Source of the DNA: Escherichia phage vB_EcoS_MM-1 | Sequence record: PV577657 | Direction: 5' to 3' (one strand) | Length of the DNA stretch: 64,000 nt | In this document: positions 44,923-54,094 of the stretch, in pieces | How positions within the stretch are numbered: position 1 is the first letter of the stretch | Layout: each line of letters starts with the position of its first letter | Position numbers and translations under genes: made by a program | The notes under the pieces: generated by a model | The model's database searches: none | Told to the model about the DNA's origin: nothing | Seen by the model: only the letters and a program-made list of their open reading frames with translations

Positions 44923-46741
44923 GACACTAAAATTTAGTAACGTTATGTCTTACGGTAAGGACATCGTAATTCATTTCGACAAGAATCCAGTTACTCAACT
45001 AATTGGTGGCAATGGGCTAGGGAAATCCACCATCGCTACGGTTATCGAGGAATTGTTTTATAACAAGAACTCACGGGGTATTAAGAAGGATGCTCTGTTC
45101 TCTTGGTCTTCTCCGAAAAAAGAGTATGATATGCACGCTTACTTCTCAAAAGATGAAGATGAGTATGAATTGCATAAAGTAGTTAAATCAACTGCTAAAG
45201 TAACCCTTATTAAGAATGGAGAAGATATTAGTGGACACACGGCGACCCAAACATACAAGATGATTGAAGAAATTATGGGTGGTGACTTCCAAACATTCAC
45301 CAAACTTATTTATCAATCAGTGGGTTCTAATCTAGACTTTCTAAAAGCAACAGATGCAACACGTAAGGCTTTTCTTGTCAACTTGTTCAATCAAGAACAG
45401 TACAAAGAAATGTCAGAAACTATTAAGGCTGACCGTAAAGAAATAGCAAATACCTTAAATAATTTGCAGGGCCAAATGGCTGTAATTACGAAAATTCTTA
45501 ATGGAAAGAATAACTTGGGAACTTTGCAGGAACCTGTAGAAGTACCGGAGTTTGATGAAGAGCCGTTAGCACAAGAACTTACTGAATCGAAAATTAAGGC
45601 GGCATTAGCCAAGTCTCAAGAGGCTAATATTACTAAATTGCGTAATTTGGACAAAGCTGTACAAGTTGCCGAACAATCTTTCGAGCCTTTCAAAAATTTA
45701 CCCGCGCCCACTGACCAAAATGAAGAGATCTCGAGTGTTACGCGTGACCTAACGATTGTGACCTCACGTGCGAGCGAAGTTAAGAAACGTTATCAGAAGT
45801 TCAAGCAAGAGGCTTCAAATACTGAATGTCCTACCTGTGGTACTCATCTGGATACAACTGCTGCGCAAAAAGCAATGGATATGGCTAGAACAGAATATGA
45901 TCCTCTGTTCAAAGAGAAGCAATCTCTTGAAGCTAAGCTAGAACAGTTGAAGAAGGAACAACTTGAGTACGTTGCGTATACTAGAGCAAAGGATGCTTTG
46001 GATAAGGCAGTGGTAGCTAGAGACGAGTTCAAAAATTCAATGAGTGATGCTTCTTTTGAAGAACTCAATGTGCAAATCCTACAGGTGCAAATCCGACAAT
46101 TAGAACAGGAAATAGCTGATGGACGTTCTAAGGTTGCAATTGCTAAAGAACATAATGCAAATATTGAGTTAGCCAATGCAAAATATAAGGCGAAACTAGA
46201 ACAGATTGAGAAAGCTGAGGCAGAAATGTCTGAGATTACATCCAAACTGGATGGAGTATCAGAAGCTGTTGCTGATCTCGATATTCTGATTGCTGCATTA
46301 AAGAATCTAGTAGGATATAAGCTAGAGCATAGTGTGAAAGTATTTGAAGAACTTATCAATAAATACCTTTCTATTATGACTGGCGGTAAGTTCGCACTTG
46401 GATTTGAACTTGATGAAACGAAATTGCAAGTAGTAATCTTCAATGATGGAAACCGTACCAGTATGGAGAATTGCTCTACTGGTCAGCAAAGTCGAATCAA
46501 CCTAGCAACTCTGTTAGCTATTCGAATGCTACTAACATCTATTAGTAAAGTTAATATTAATCTTCTATTCCTTGATGAAGTAATTAGCTTTATTGATACT
46601 AAAGGACTTGACACCCTTGTTGAATTATTAAATGAGGAAGAAAGTCTAAATTCTATCATTGTTTCTCATGGGCATACGCATCCATTAGCCCATAAGATTA
46701 CTGTCAAAAAAGATGCAGAAGGATTTTCCTACTTAGAATAA
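44903..46741 (+). CDS. SbcC/Rad50-like ATPase
   Basis: N-terminal Walker A GGNGLGKST, long coiled coil, C-terminal signature region; start MSKITIK overlaps SbcD end. Confidence 0.8.
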   Translation: MSKITIKTLKFSNVMSYGKDIVIHFDKNPVTQLIGGNGLGKSTIATVIEELFYNKNSRGIKKDALFSWSSPKKEYDMHAYFSKDEDEYELHKVVKSTAKVTLIKNGEDISGHTATQTYKMIEEIMGGDFQTFTKLIYQSVGSNLDFLKATDATRKAFLVNLFNQEQYKEMSETIKADRKEIANTLNNLQGQMAVITKILNGKNNLGTLQEPVEVPEFDEEPLAQELTESKIKAALAKSQEANITKLRNLDKAVQVAEQSFEPFKNLPAPTDQNEEISSVTRDLTIVTSRASEVKKRYQKFKQEASNTECPTCGTHLDTTAAQKAMDMARTEYDPLFKEKQSLEAKLEQLKKEQLEYVAYTRAKDALDKAVVARDEFKNSMSDASFEELNVQILQVQIRQLEQEIADGRSKVAIAKEHNANIELANAKYKAKLEQIEKAEAEMSEITSKLDGVSEAVADLDILIAALKNLVGYKLEHSVKVFEELINKYLSIMTGGKFALGFELDETKLQVVIFNDGNRTSMENCSTGQQSRINLATLLAIRMLLTSISKVNINLLFLDEVISFIDTKGLDTLVELLNEEESLNSIIVSHGHTHPLAHKITVKKDAEGFSYLE

Positions 46742-46744
46742 AAC

Positions 46745-47227
46745 ATGGCTGTAGATAGTAGAGAGAAAGGTAAACGTGGTGAATATCAGGTAAGAGATAT
46801 TCTACGTGAGCGTACAGGTCTTGAGTGGGAACGTGTTCCTGGCTCTGGTGCTTTTGGCCAGAGCCACGGACTGAAGGGTGACATCTACCTTCCACCACAA
46901 AGTGGACACATTAGTAAATACTGCTTCGAAGTTAAGTGGTATAAAGATGATAATATCTCAAGTAATTTATTTAATGTTGGTGAATCCACTCTAGAGAAGT
47001 GGTGGCAGCAGTGCTCACGTGAAGGTGAGCAGATGAACTCCAAACCTGCATTAATATTCAAAAAAGACAGAGGACAGTGGTTAATAGCTTTGGATAGCTC
47101 AGACCCGATGGTTGACAACTTAATGAGTCGTACCCATATGGTGTTAAATAAAAAAGACATGGAAATCGTAATTGGTTTATTTGAGCCGTGGCTACATCAT
47201 GCATCTGTTGAGGACTTAATTAAATAA
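46745..47227 (+). CDS. Holliday-junction resolvase-like nuclease (Hjc/PD-(D/E)xK fold)
   Basis: GKRGEYQVRDIL...PGSG...D...EVK pattern resembling archaeal Hjc. Confidence 0.55.
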   Translation: MAVDSREKGKRGEYQVRDILRERTGLEWERVPGSGAFGQSHGLKGDIYLPPQSGHISKYCFEVKWYKDDNISSNLFNVGESTLEKWWQQCSREGEQMNSKPALIFKKDRGQWLIALDSSDPMVDNLMSRTHMVLNKKDMEIVIGLFEPWLHHASVEDLIK

Positions 47228-48102
47228 TGAGTAAATCCTGGGGAAAATTTATTGAAGAAGAGGAAGCTGAAATGGCTTCCCGTCGTAACCTAATGATTGT
47301 CGATGGAACTAACTTAGGCTTTCGCTTCAAACATAACAATAGTAAAAAACCATTTGCCTCAAGTTATGTTTCCACTATTCAGTCTCTAGCAAAATCTTAT
47401 TCTGCTAGAACTACAATAGTTTTAGGAGATAAGGGGAAGTCTGCATTCCGCTTAGAGCATTTACCTGAGTATAAGGGTAATCGAGATGAGAAATACTCTC
47501 AGCGTACGGAAGAGGAGAAAGCGTTAGATGAGCAGTTCTTCGAGTATTTGAAAGATGCTTTCGAGTTATGTGAAACTACATTCCCAACTTTCACTATTCG
47601 GGGTGTAGAAGCAGATGATATGGCAGCTTATATTGTTAAACTGATCGGGCATCTATATGATCACGTTTGGCTGATTTCTACTGACGGTGACTGGGATACT
47701 TTATTAACTGATAAAGTATCTCGCTTCTCTTTCACAACACGTCGTGAATACCATCTTCGTGATATGTATGAGCATCATAATGTTGACGATGTAGAGCAGT
47801 TTATCTCCCTGAAAGCAATTATGGGTGATTTAGGGGATAATATCCGAGGTGTTGAAGGTATTGGGGCAAAGCGCGGGTATAATATTATTCGTGAATTTGG
47901 TAACGTTCTGGATATTATTGATCAGCTTCCACTGCCTGGAAAACAGAAATATATACAGAATTTAAATGCTTCGGAAGAATTGCTTTATCGAAACCTAATT
48001 CTGGTTGATTTACCTACCTACTGTGTGGATGCTATTGCTGCTGTAGGTCAAGATGTATTAGATAAATTTACAAAAGATATTTTGGAGATTGCAGAACAAT
48101 GA
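47227..48102 (+). CDS. 5'-3' flap endonuclease/exonuclease
   Basis: FEN/5'-nuclease fold; 291 aa; N-terminus matches my recollection of T5 D15 exonuclease. Confidence 0.9.
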   Translation: MSKSWGKFIEEEEAEMASRRNLMIVDGTNLGFRFKHNNSKKPFASSYVSTIQSLAKSYSARTTIVLGDKGKSAFRLEHLPEYKGNRDEKYSQRTEEEKALDEQFFEYLKDAFELCETTFPTFTIRGVEADDMAAYIVKLIGHLYDHVWLISTDGDWDTLLTDKVSRFSFTTRREYHLRDMYEHHNVDDVEQFISLKAIMGDLGDNIRGVEGIGAKRGYNIIREFGNVLDIIDQLPLPGKQKYIQNLNASEELLYRNLILVDLPTYCVDAIAAVGQDVLDKFTKDILEIAEQ

Positions 48103-48545
48103 TTAAAATTAAATTAACTCATCCAGATTGTATGCCTAAGATTGGTTCCGAAGATGCCGCAGGTATGGATCTGCGAGCATTCTTTGGTACTAATCCTGCC
48201 GCAGACTTACGCGCTATTGCACCAGGCAAATCTCTTATGATTGACACCGGTGTCGCGGTAGAAATTCCGCGAGGTTGGTTCGGTTTGGTAGTTCCGCGTA
48301 GTTCTTTAGGTAAACGCCATTTGATGATTGCAAATACCGCAGGAGTGATTGACTCAGACTATCGTGGAACTATTAAGATGAATCTGTTTAACTACGGTTC
48401 TGAAATTCAAACTCTGGAGAATTTTGAAAGACTTTGTCAGCTAGTAGTAGTACCACACTACTCAACTCATAATTTTGAAATCGTTGACGAACTAGGGGAG
48501 ACTGATCGTGGGGAAGACGGATTTGGAAGTTCAGGAAGCAAATAA
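48099..48545 (+). CDS. dut: dUTPase
   Basis: dUTPase motifs (AAGMDL, DSDYRGTI); 148 aa. Confidence 0.85.
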   Translation: MIKIKLTHPDCMPKIGSEDAAGMDLRAFFGTNPAADLRAIAPGKSLMIDTGVAVEIPRGWFGLVVPRSSLGKRHLMIANTAGVIDSDYRGTIKMNLFNYGSEIQTLENFERLCQLVVVPHYSTHNFEIVDELGETDRGEDGFGSSGSK

Positions 48546-48771
48546 TTTTACTGATCCTAATATGATAGGTATTGATACTAATATGTCAACTTATCAGATT
48601 AAAACTGCTGAACCAGAAACGTTTGTGCTAAAAACAGATAAAGAAGGTAATGTTACTTTCTGGGACCCTGAAGGTTTTGTAGAGCTTTGTACTAATACGG
48701 ATAATGAGCATTTAAAACTACTATTAGCTATTTATAATCTTGGTATTATAGAAGGTTGTAGAAGCAAGTAA
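48508..48771 (+). CDS. hypothetical protein
   Basis: 87-aa ORF; start ambiguous. Confidence 0.45.
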   Translation: MGKTDLEVQEANNFTDPNMIGIDTNMSTYQIKTAEPETFVLKTDKEGNVTFWDPEGFVELCTNTDNEHLKLLLAIYNLGIIEGCRSK

Positions 48772-48779
48772 TAGAAAAA

Positions 48780-48815
48780 CCCCGGTGGATTTTGTCCACC
48801 GGGGTTTCTTTGTAC
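48780..48815. terminator. bidirectional terminator at early/late boundary
   Basis: CCCCGGTGGA-TTTT-GTCCACCGGGG hairpin with T-runs on both strands. Confidence 0.75.
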
Positions 48816-48827
48816 TATGTATATGTA

Positions 48828-51596
48828 CTATGAGTTATCTGGCTTAATAAGCTCGCTAACAAGTTTCTTCAGTTCGGTTAATTCTTGCTCAAGTTTGTTA
48901 ACTTTATCAGCTTGATAACGAAATGCGCAAGCTAGGTCTGCCATAATGACGTTGTTATCAAGCGCTAATGTGTCATCTGCTTTGTCAACAACAATTTGAC
49001 GATCTACATATTCTTCACCTTCATCGTTAACACCTACAACATCTGCAAAAATATCACCTCCCGGGATTAATTTTACGTATTCGGGATCTATTTTTAGCAG
49101 GTCTTGGGCTATTAAGCCGAATCGTTGGATATCGCTACCGTTGTATTTAAACATCGTTGGCAACCACTGCATAACTCGGTCATAGCTTTCTTTTCCATCT
49201 GTATAAATTATATCGTGCTTTAAATCTCTGTCAGAGTTAGCGGCCTTTTGAAAAATGAAATTTCCACTTGATGACCATGTGGTTATATCGTTTGAGGCTG
49301 GCTGAAACTGGAAGTTACAGAAAAAATTACCATCACCACGAAGTCTTAGCGAGCAAAAAGGCCAAGCATTATTTCCCTGTGGGATAAGTCCCCAAGTTGC
49401 GCGAATTGGATAACCACCAGTGGATTGTGTACCCCATGAAAGGCCAGGTGCCCATCCACCATCATTGTTAGCAATAGTCTCACCCCAAACAAGAGCATTA
49501 CCCCAATAGTTAGGAGCATCCCATCCCATTTGTTGGGTTTTGCCAGTGTATTGAGCAGAATGCGTTCTGCCGTCAGGGTAAAACTTGTGCATATAGGACC
49601 GTATCCCTGCTTGATACAACTCTATTCCAAAAGATTCAACGTGTGTGTCGCCTCTTCTGATTAAACCAGCGATAGCGTAATCGTCATACCAGTTGTAACG
49701 ACTTACACCAGTCCATGTGTTTATTGGTGGATTCATGATTGAAAATAGTTGTGACGCATTGCGTTCATTCCCATCTGCATAAATACCAGCCCCAGGAGCT
49801 AAGGAAATACTTTTCGCTCCTGAAAAAGTACCATTTTCATTAAACTGATAATACTGTGATGCCCCATTATGAAATACGCCTATTGTATGCTTTCCTACGC
49901 CTACTTGAGTCTCAAAATAAGACTGAGAAGAACCAATATCTTCGCCTTGTGTATTCTTTAATTTTGAATGATATATACCTGCATTTGCAGTAGTTGCATT
50001 TTCCGTTTCGTTTTCAACATTAAGACTTAGGAACTTTGGTGCATGTTTCTCACCAAGCCCTATATTATTTCTGATACCATTCGCATCCTTAGCACCTGTA
50101 CCACCAAATTGAATACCTAGTGGTAGCCATTGATTGGTTGTAGCATCATAAACGCCCCAATGATCCCCACCATCTGGAATGGTTAGATACTTGTTTTTAT
50201 TTGGAGAATATAAAATTGTTTCACCAGAATTCTGAAACAGCCTATCAACTCCTAAATTATATCTAGCACCTTCAGGAGTATCTGCTCCTGTACCACCAGC
50301 CGCAGTTGATAATGGAAGAGTTTCCCATGATATTCCATCACCTTTTGTATCTCTCTGAAGTACAATAAGACCATCATCTCTAATAACAAATCTATATAAT
50401 CTATTATGTGAATATAGAAAAGTATGAACCCCATCTTGTACAAGTGAGTCTATAAGGAGTGTCTGACGAGAAGCATTGATATTTGACAGATCTGAGAGAT
50501 TATTTTCTTTTAGTAACGATTTACTAATGATACCTTCAGCTTTTCCAGCAGCTACTTCCGCACGCCCAGCGTCTGTAGATGCACTTTGTGCGCTACCAGC
50601 AGCATTGCTAGCTTGTTGTCCTGCTTCGGTAGCGCTATTACTTGCTTGTGCAGCCGAGGCTGCAGCAGCATCTTTTAGCACTGTAGTTTCCGTTACCGCA
50701 CTATCCTTAATACCTTGTGTGTCTGTTTTTAATTGCTCAACATCAGATTTTAAAGCCGTTGTTTCACCTATAGTGCTGTCTTTAATTAGTTGAGTATCTG
50801 TTTTTAATTGCTCAACATCTGATTTTAAGCCTTGAATAGTAGTTACTGATTGGTTAGCTGAGGCTGCGGAATGGGCTGCATTAGTCTCACTAGTTTTTGC
50901 ATTGGTTTCACTAGTTTTTGCATTGGCTTCACTAGCTTTTGCATTAGTTTCCGAGGTTTTTGCAGCGGATGCTGATGCGGCGGCTTGTGCAGAGAATATT
51001 TCTGCCCCATCTCTATAGCCTTTAGAATCCGAAGCAGAAGCAGCAGCATTAGTTTCACTAGCCTTTGCCTTATCTTCACTAGTCTTTGCTGCAATAGCAG
51101 AAGCAGCAGCATTAGTTTCACTAGCCTTTGCCTTATCTTCGCTAGCCTTTGCATTAGTCTCACTAGTTTTTGCGTTAGTCTCACTAGTTTTTGCATTAGT
51201 TTCACTAGCCTTTGCCTTATCTTCGCTAGTTTTAGCATTAGTCTCAGATATTTTAGCTGCAGCTGCTGATTCCTCCGATTTAGTAGCTGATGCAGCAGAT
51301 TGAGTAGCAGATGTAGCGGACTGAGTGGCAGAGGCTTCAGAAGCTCCAGCAGAAATAGCAGCTTCCTGTTCAGAGTTCTTAGCATTAAGCTCCGAAGTTT
51401 TAGCCGCTATCTCAGAATCTTTTGCAGCTGCAGCAGACTTAGCTGCAGCCTCAATAGAAGATACTAACTCACTTGCAGTAATAGAGCTAATAGAATTACC
51501 TAGAGTTACTGTATATCTAGGAAACTTACTAGCAGTAGCTTTAGTATCATCAATATTTAATATTTGTTGTACAATAATTTTAGTAGTTACTGCCAT
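48828..51596 (-). CDS. L-shaped tail fibre protein with phage-fibre repeats and C-terminal chaperone-like domain
   Basis: SETNAKT heptad repeats; C-terminus resembles intramolecular chaperone/S74 auto-cleaving domain; 922 aa. Confidence 0.8.
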   Translation of the reverse strand: MAVTTKIIVQQILNIDDTKATASKFPRYTVTLGNSISSITASELVSSIEAAAKSAAAAKDSEIAAKTSELNAKNSEQEAAISAGASEASATQSATSATQSAASATKSEESAAAAKISETNAKTSEDKAKASETNAKTSETNAKTSETNAKASEDKAKASETNAAASAIAAKTSEDKAKASETNAAASASDSKGYRDGAEIFSAQAAASASAAKTSETNAKASEANAKTSETNAKTSETNAAHSAASANQSVTTIQGLKSDVEQLKTDTQLIKDSTIGETTALKSDVEQLKTDTQGIKDSAVTETTVLKDAAAASAAQASNSATEAGQQASNAAGSAQSASTDAGRAEVAAGKAEGIISKSLLKENNLSDLSNINASRQTLLIDSLVQDGVHTFLYSHNRLYRFVIRDDGLIVLQRDTKGDGISWETLPLSTAAGGTGADTPEGARYNLGVDRLFQNSGETILYSPNKNKYLTIPDGGDHWGVYDATTNQWLPLGIQFGGTGAKDANGIRNNIGLGEKHAPKFLSLNVENETENATTANAGIYHSKLKNTQGEDIGSSQSYFETQVGVGKHTIGVFHNGASQYYQFNENGTFSGAKSISLAPGAGIYADGNERNASQLFSIMNPPINTWTGVSRYNWYDDYAIAGLIRRGDTHVESFGIELYQAGIRSYMHKFYPDGRTHSAQYTGKTQQMGWDAPNYWGNALVWGETIANNDGGWAPGLSWGTQSTGGYPIRATWGLIPQGNNAWPFCSLRLRGDGNFFCNFQFQPASNDITTWSSSGNFIFQKAANSDRDLKHDIIYTDGKESYDRVMQWLPTMFKYNGSDIQRFGLIAQDLLKIDPEYVKLIPGGDIFADVVGVNDEGEEYVDRQIVVDKADDTLALDNNVIMADLACAFRYQADKVNKLEQELTELKKLVSELIKPDNS
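50870..51300 (-). repeat. tandem ~21-bp repeat array inside tail-fibre gene
   Basis: Reiterated TTTTGCATTAGT(C/T)TCACTAG units on + strand. Confidence 0.8.
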
Positions 51597-52018
51597 TATT
51601 TAGTTACCCCATCACTGATAAATACTTTACCCTCCATTATACGAAAGGAGCTAATTGCAGATCCTATAACATCTCTAGTCATAATTATATCATAGTATCC
51701 TGCGAATCGCTGACGAGGGTTATATTTATCTCTATCTTTAGATGCTCTAGCCCCTATATTTTCCACAGATTCTACTGGCAAACTTATAGCTACAGCCCCT
51801 TGAGCAGCATCAATAATATTAGTAGTAAAGGATGCTAATATCTCCGCATTCTCATCTAGGCTATTTTTTATAGTACCCCTTAGAGAATACCCGGTTAAGT
51901 TAACGGGGGTATTTGTAGGTGGATAAGTACTATCATCAACATCTAAGAACCGCATCATTAAACCATATGGTACTTTCTCATCTATTACTAAATCTATAAC
52001 TCTATTTTCAGTACTCAT
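51596..52018 (-). CDS. tail collar-like protein (p132-like)
   Basis: 140-aa ORF between fibre and baseplate genes. Confidence 0.6.
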   Translation of the reverse strand: MSTENRVIDLVIDEKVPYGLMMRFLDVDDSTYPPTNTPVNLTGYSLRGTIKNSLDENAEILASFTTNIIDAAQGAVAISLPVESVENIGARASKDRDKYNPRQRFAGYYDIIMTRDVIGSAISSFRIMEGKVFISDGVTK

Positions 52019-52021
52019 TAT

Positions 52022-54094
52022 TTACCTTATATGGATGTACCCGTTTTGCAGGTCTATCTTCATTCTGTAATAGGCTTCCGGATTATCAGATAATGCAGCG
52101 TTTCTATCATAAATAACGTTAACACCGATCTGAGATAAGAAGGCATTATTTGCTACAATCTTACTGGCGGTTACCGTACCATTAACTATCATATCGCCAT
52201 GCAGTACCATTGCTGGGTTAACCCAACCGGAACCATTCCATTGACGAGTAAATGCAGATTGCGGAGCATTACTATTAAACTCTGTCAATACATCATATCT
52301 AACTGGAGGACTACCAAAGTTATTCTGGAAGAAGGCATTAGCCTGCCCATCATCCCAACCACCAAGACCAGGAATACCTAAGGAATACATTCCAGGACCA
52401 CGTTGTCCATCATGTCCTATAGTACCTTCAGTACCACTCCACTGAACTACATCAGACCAGCTAGTACCTGCAAGTAGCTTATTAGTAACTGGGTCAAGTG
52501 TACCCGTAGTCGCATAGATATTTTGTGTCATATCTGTACGATTAGGTGGAGTTTTTGACCAACCAGGAGGCGGATAATCTTGTTCTAGTGGCTTTGCTGG
52601 AAGTGCAGTTGATATCTTATAAACAAATACTGTTTGCTTGCCCTGTATACCTGTTTGGATATCTACATCGCCATTTGGTGTTCCAATTACTACTCCACTA
52701 GAAATACGTAGTACATCACCATCATAACGAATCCACTGTGTGGCATTACCAATGTCTAACTTAGCTTTGGCAGAGGTATTATCCATGCCCATCCAAATAC
52801 CGGAGTTATTATCCCCCCAAGATTTACCTTGAGTGTAAATTGCTGGATTATCCTTACCGGATAAGTTAGTCATGATAAAATTCGCAGCATTAATATCTCT
52901 AGTAATTACTTTACCATCAACGTTAACAACACGGTTTATAGGATCAAAAGAAATAGGTGCTTTTCCCTCTTCATCTAGCAGACCAATGTTAATAGCACCA
53001 GTAGCTGCATCGATTAAGAATGTCTGTCTCCAGATTTCTCCATCTTTCATGCTGCCCTTAATAAAGGCATAGTTAACATCAATACCAGTCTCATTGACAA
53101 AGCTGTTATCTAGAGGAGTATCTTCATTCAATATAAATGTTACAGGAGCTGATTCTGTTATATCTTGTTTATTTGGTCCCCAGGCAATTGATGATACCTT
53201 AAAGGTATGTTCAACTTTCCATGGGAATGATATAATTGTTGCAGCTCTGGCAGCACCAACGTTTATCTTTTGAGCTTTAGCCCAGCCAGTCTTAGCGTAT
53301 TCTTCAGAATTTATATATGTAACCAAGAACTCACGAACATTAGCACCACCACCGCGTTCCCAATCCCACTCAATTCTAACATCATATCGTTCTTTACCAT
53401 CAGCAATTCGTGCAGCTTTAAAAACAATATTGATAGGTGCAGTAGGAGGAACAAAATTATAAGCTACTGTTAAAATATTAGGGAATTCATAGTACCCAGA
53501 AGAATCAACTGTAACACCATCAGGCATAGTTACTTGACCAGATATTCTGATCTTATAATCTCCGATAGGAACTCCACCAAATTTAATAGTAGAACCTAAA
53601 GCCCCAATGTAATACTTAGTCCAAGGACTGTCTTCAGTAGCTGTACTTTTTAACTCAATAGTACAGTAGCTTGCTTCACCAGTTGTTTCTACGACAACTA
53701 TCGGTGCACCTACCCCAACATCCACAGGTTCTGATTCAGATCTTGCTGCAACAATTATTGGCTTCTCTTTTGTCCTAAAGTTAGTCTCATTAGAGAGATT
53801 GATACCAATCTTAGCCTCTAGCAGTTCAGAATCAATAATAGAGTCGTAGAAAGCCCCTTGAATCTCGTAAGAGGTTGAAGGGGTCAGGTTATTAATCATT
53901 ATGAAGAAAGTATCTATACCAGTATAATCACGTCTATCTATACTTTCTCCTGTCTTTAACCAAAAAGATCTACCAATAACGTCATAGTCAGTATATATAG
54001 AGTGCTGGACATATGCCATTGTATATCCAGTCATTATACTATTTAAAACCATTTTGGCTGGTGCATTATTCGAAATCATTAAATGGATGCCCAC
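52022..54094 (-). CDS. baseplate/tail tip protein (pb4-like)
   Basis: 690-aa ORF; position and size match T5 tail module as recalled. Confidence 0.7.
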   Translation of the reverse strand: MGIHLMISNNAPAKMVLNSIMTGYTMAYVQHSIYTDYDVIGRSFWLKTGESIDRRDYTGIDTFFIMINNLTPSTSYEIQGAFYDSIIDSELLEAKIGINLSNETNFRTKEKPIIVAARSESEPVDVGVGAPIVVVETTGEASYCTIELKSTATEDSPWTKYYIGALGSTIKFGGVPIGDYKIRISGQVTMPDGVTVDSSGYYEFPNILTVAYNFVPPTAPINIVFKAARIADGKERYDVRIEWDWERGGGANVREFLVTYINSEEYAKTGWAKAQKINVGAARAATIISFPWKVEHTFKVSSIAWGPNKQDITESAPVTFILNEDTPLDNSFVNETGIDVNYAFIKGSMKDGEIWRQTFLIDAATGAINIGLLDEEGKAPISFDPINRVVNVDGKVITRDINAANFIMTNLSGKDNPAIYTQGKSWGDNNSGIWMGMDNTSAKAKLDIGNATQWIRYDGDVLRISSGVVIGTPNGDVDIQTGIQGKQTVFVYKISTALPAKPLEQDYPPPGWSKTPPNRTDMTQNIYATTGTLDPVTNKLLAGTSWSDVVQWSGTEGTIGHDGQRGPGMYSLGIPGLGGWDDGQANAFFQNNFGSPPVRYDVLTEFNSNAPQSAFTRQWNGSGWVNPAMVLHGDMIVNGTVTASKIVANNAFLSQIGVNVIYDRNAALSDNPEAYYRMKIDLQNGYIHIR

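Noticed and set aside
45844-46443. 199-aa minus-strand ORF inside the SbcC-like gene
   Set aside because: Antisense shadow of a coiled-coil coding region; Ser/Cys/Ala-rich low-complexity product.
50870-51300. Possible CRISPR array suggested by short regular repeats
   Set aside because: The repeats are contiguous 21-bp units with no spacers, are in-frame coding sequence of the tail fibre, and no cas genes are present.
50843-51385. 180-aa Leu/Lys/Gln-rich minus-strand ORF and overlapping plus-strand ORFs in the tail-fibre repeat region
   Set aside because: Alternative-frame translations of the 21-bp repeat array; the long tail-fibre frame explains the region.
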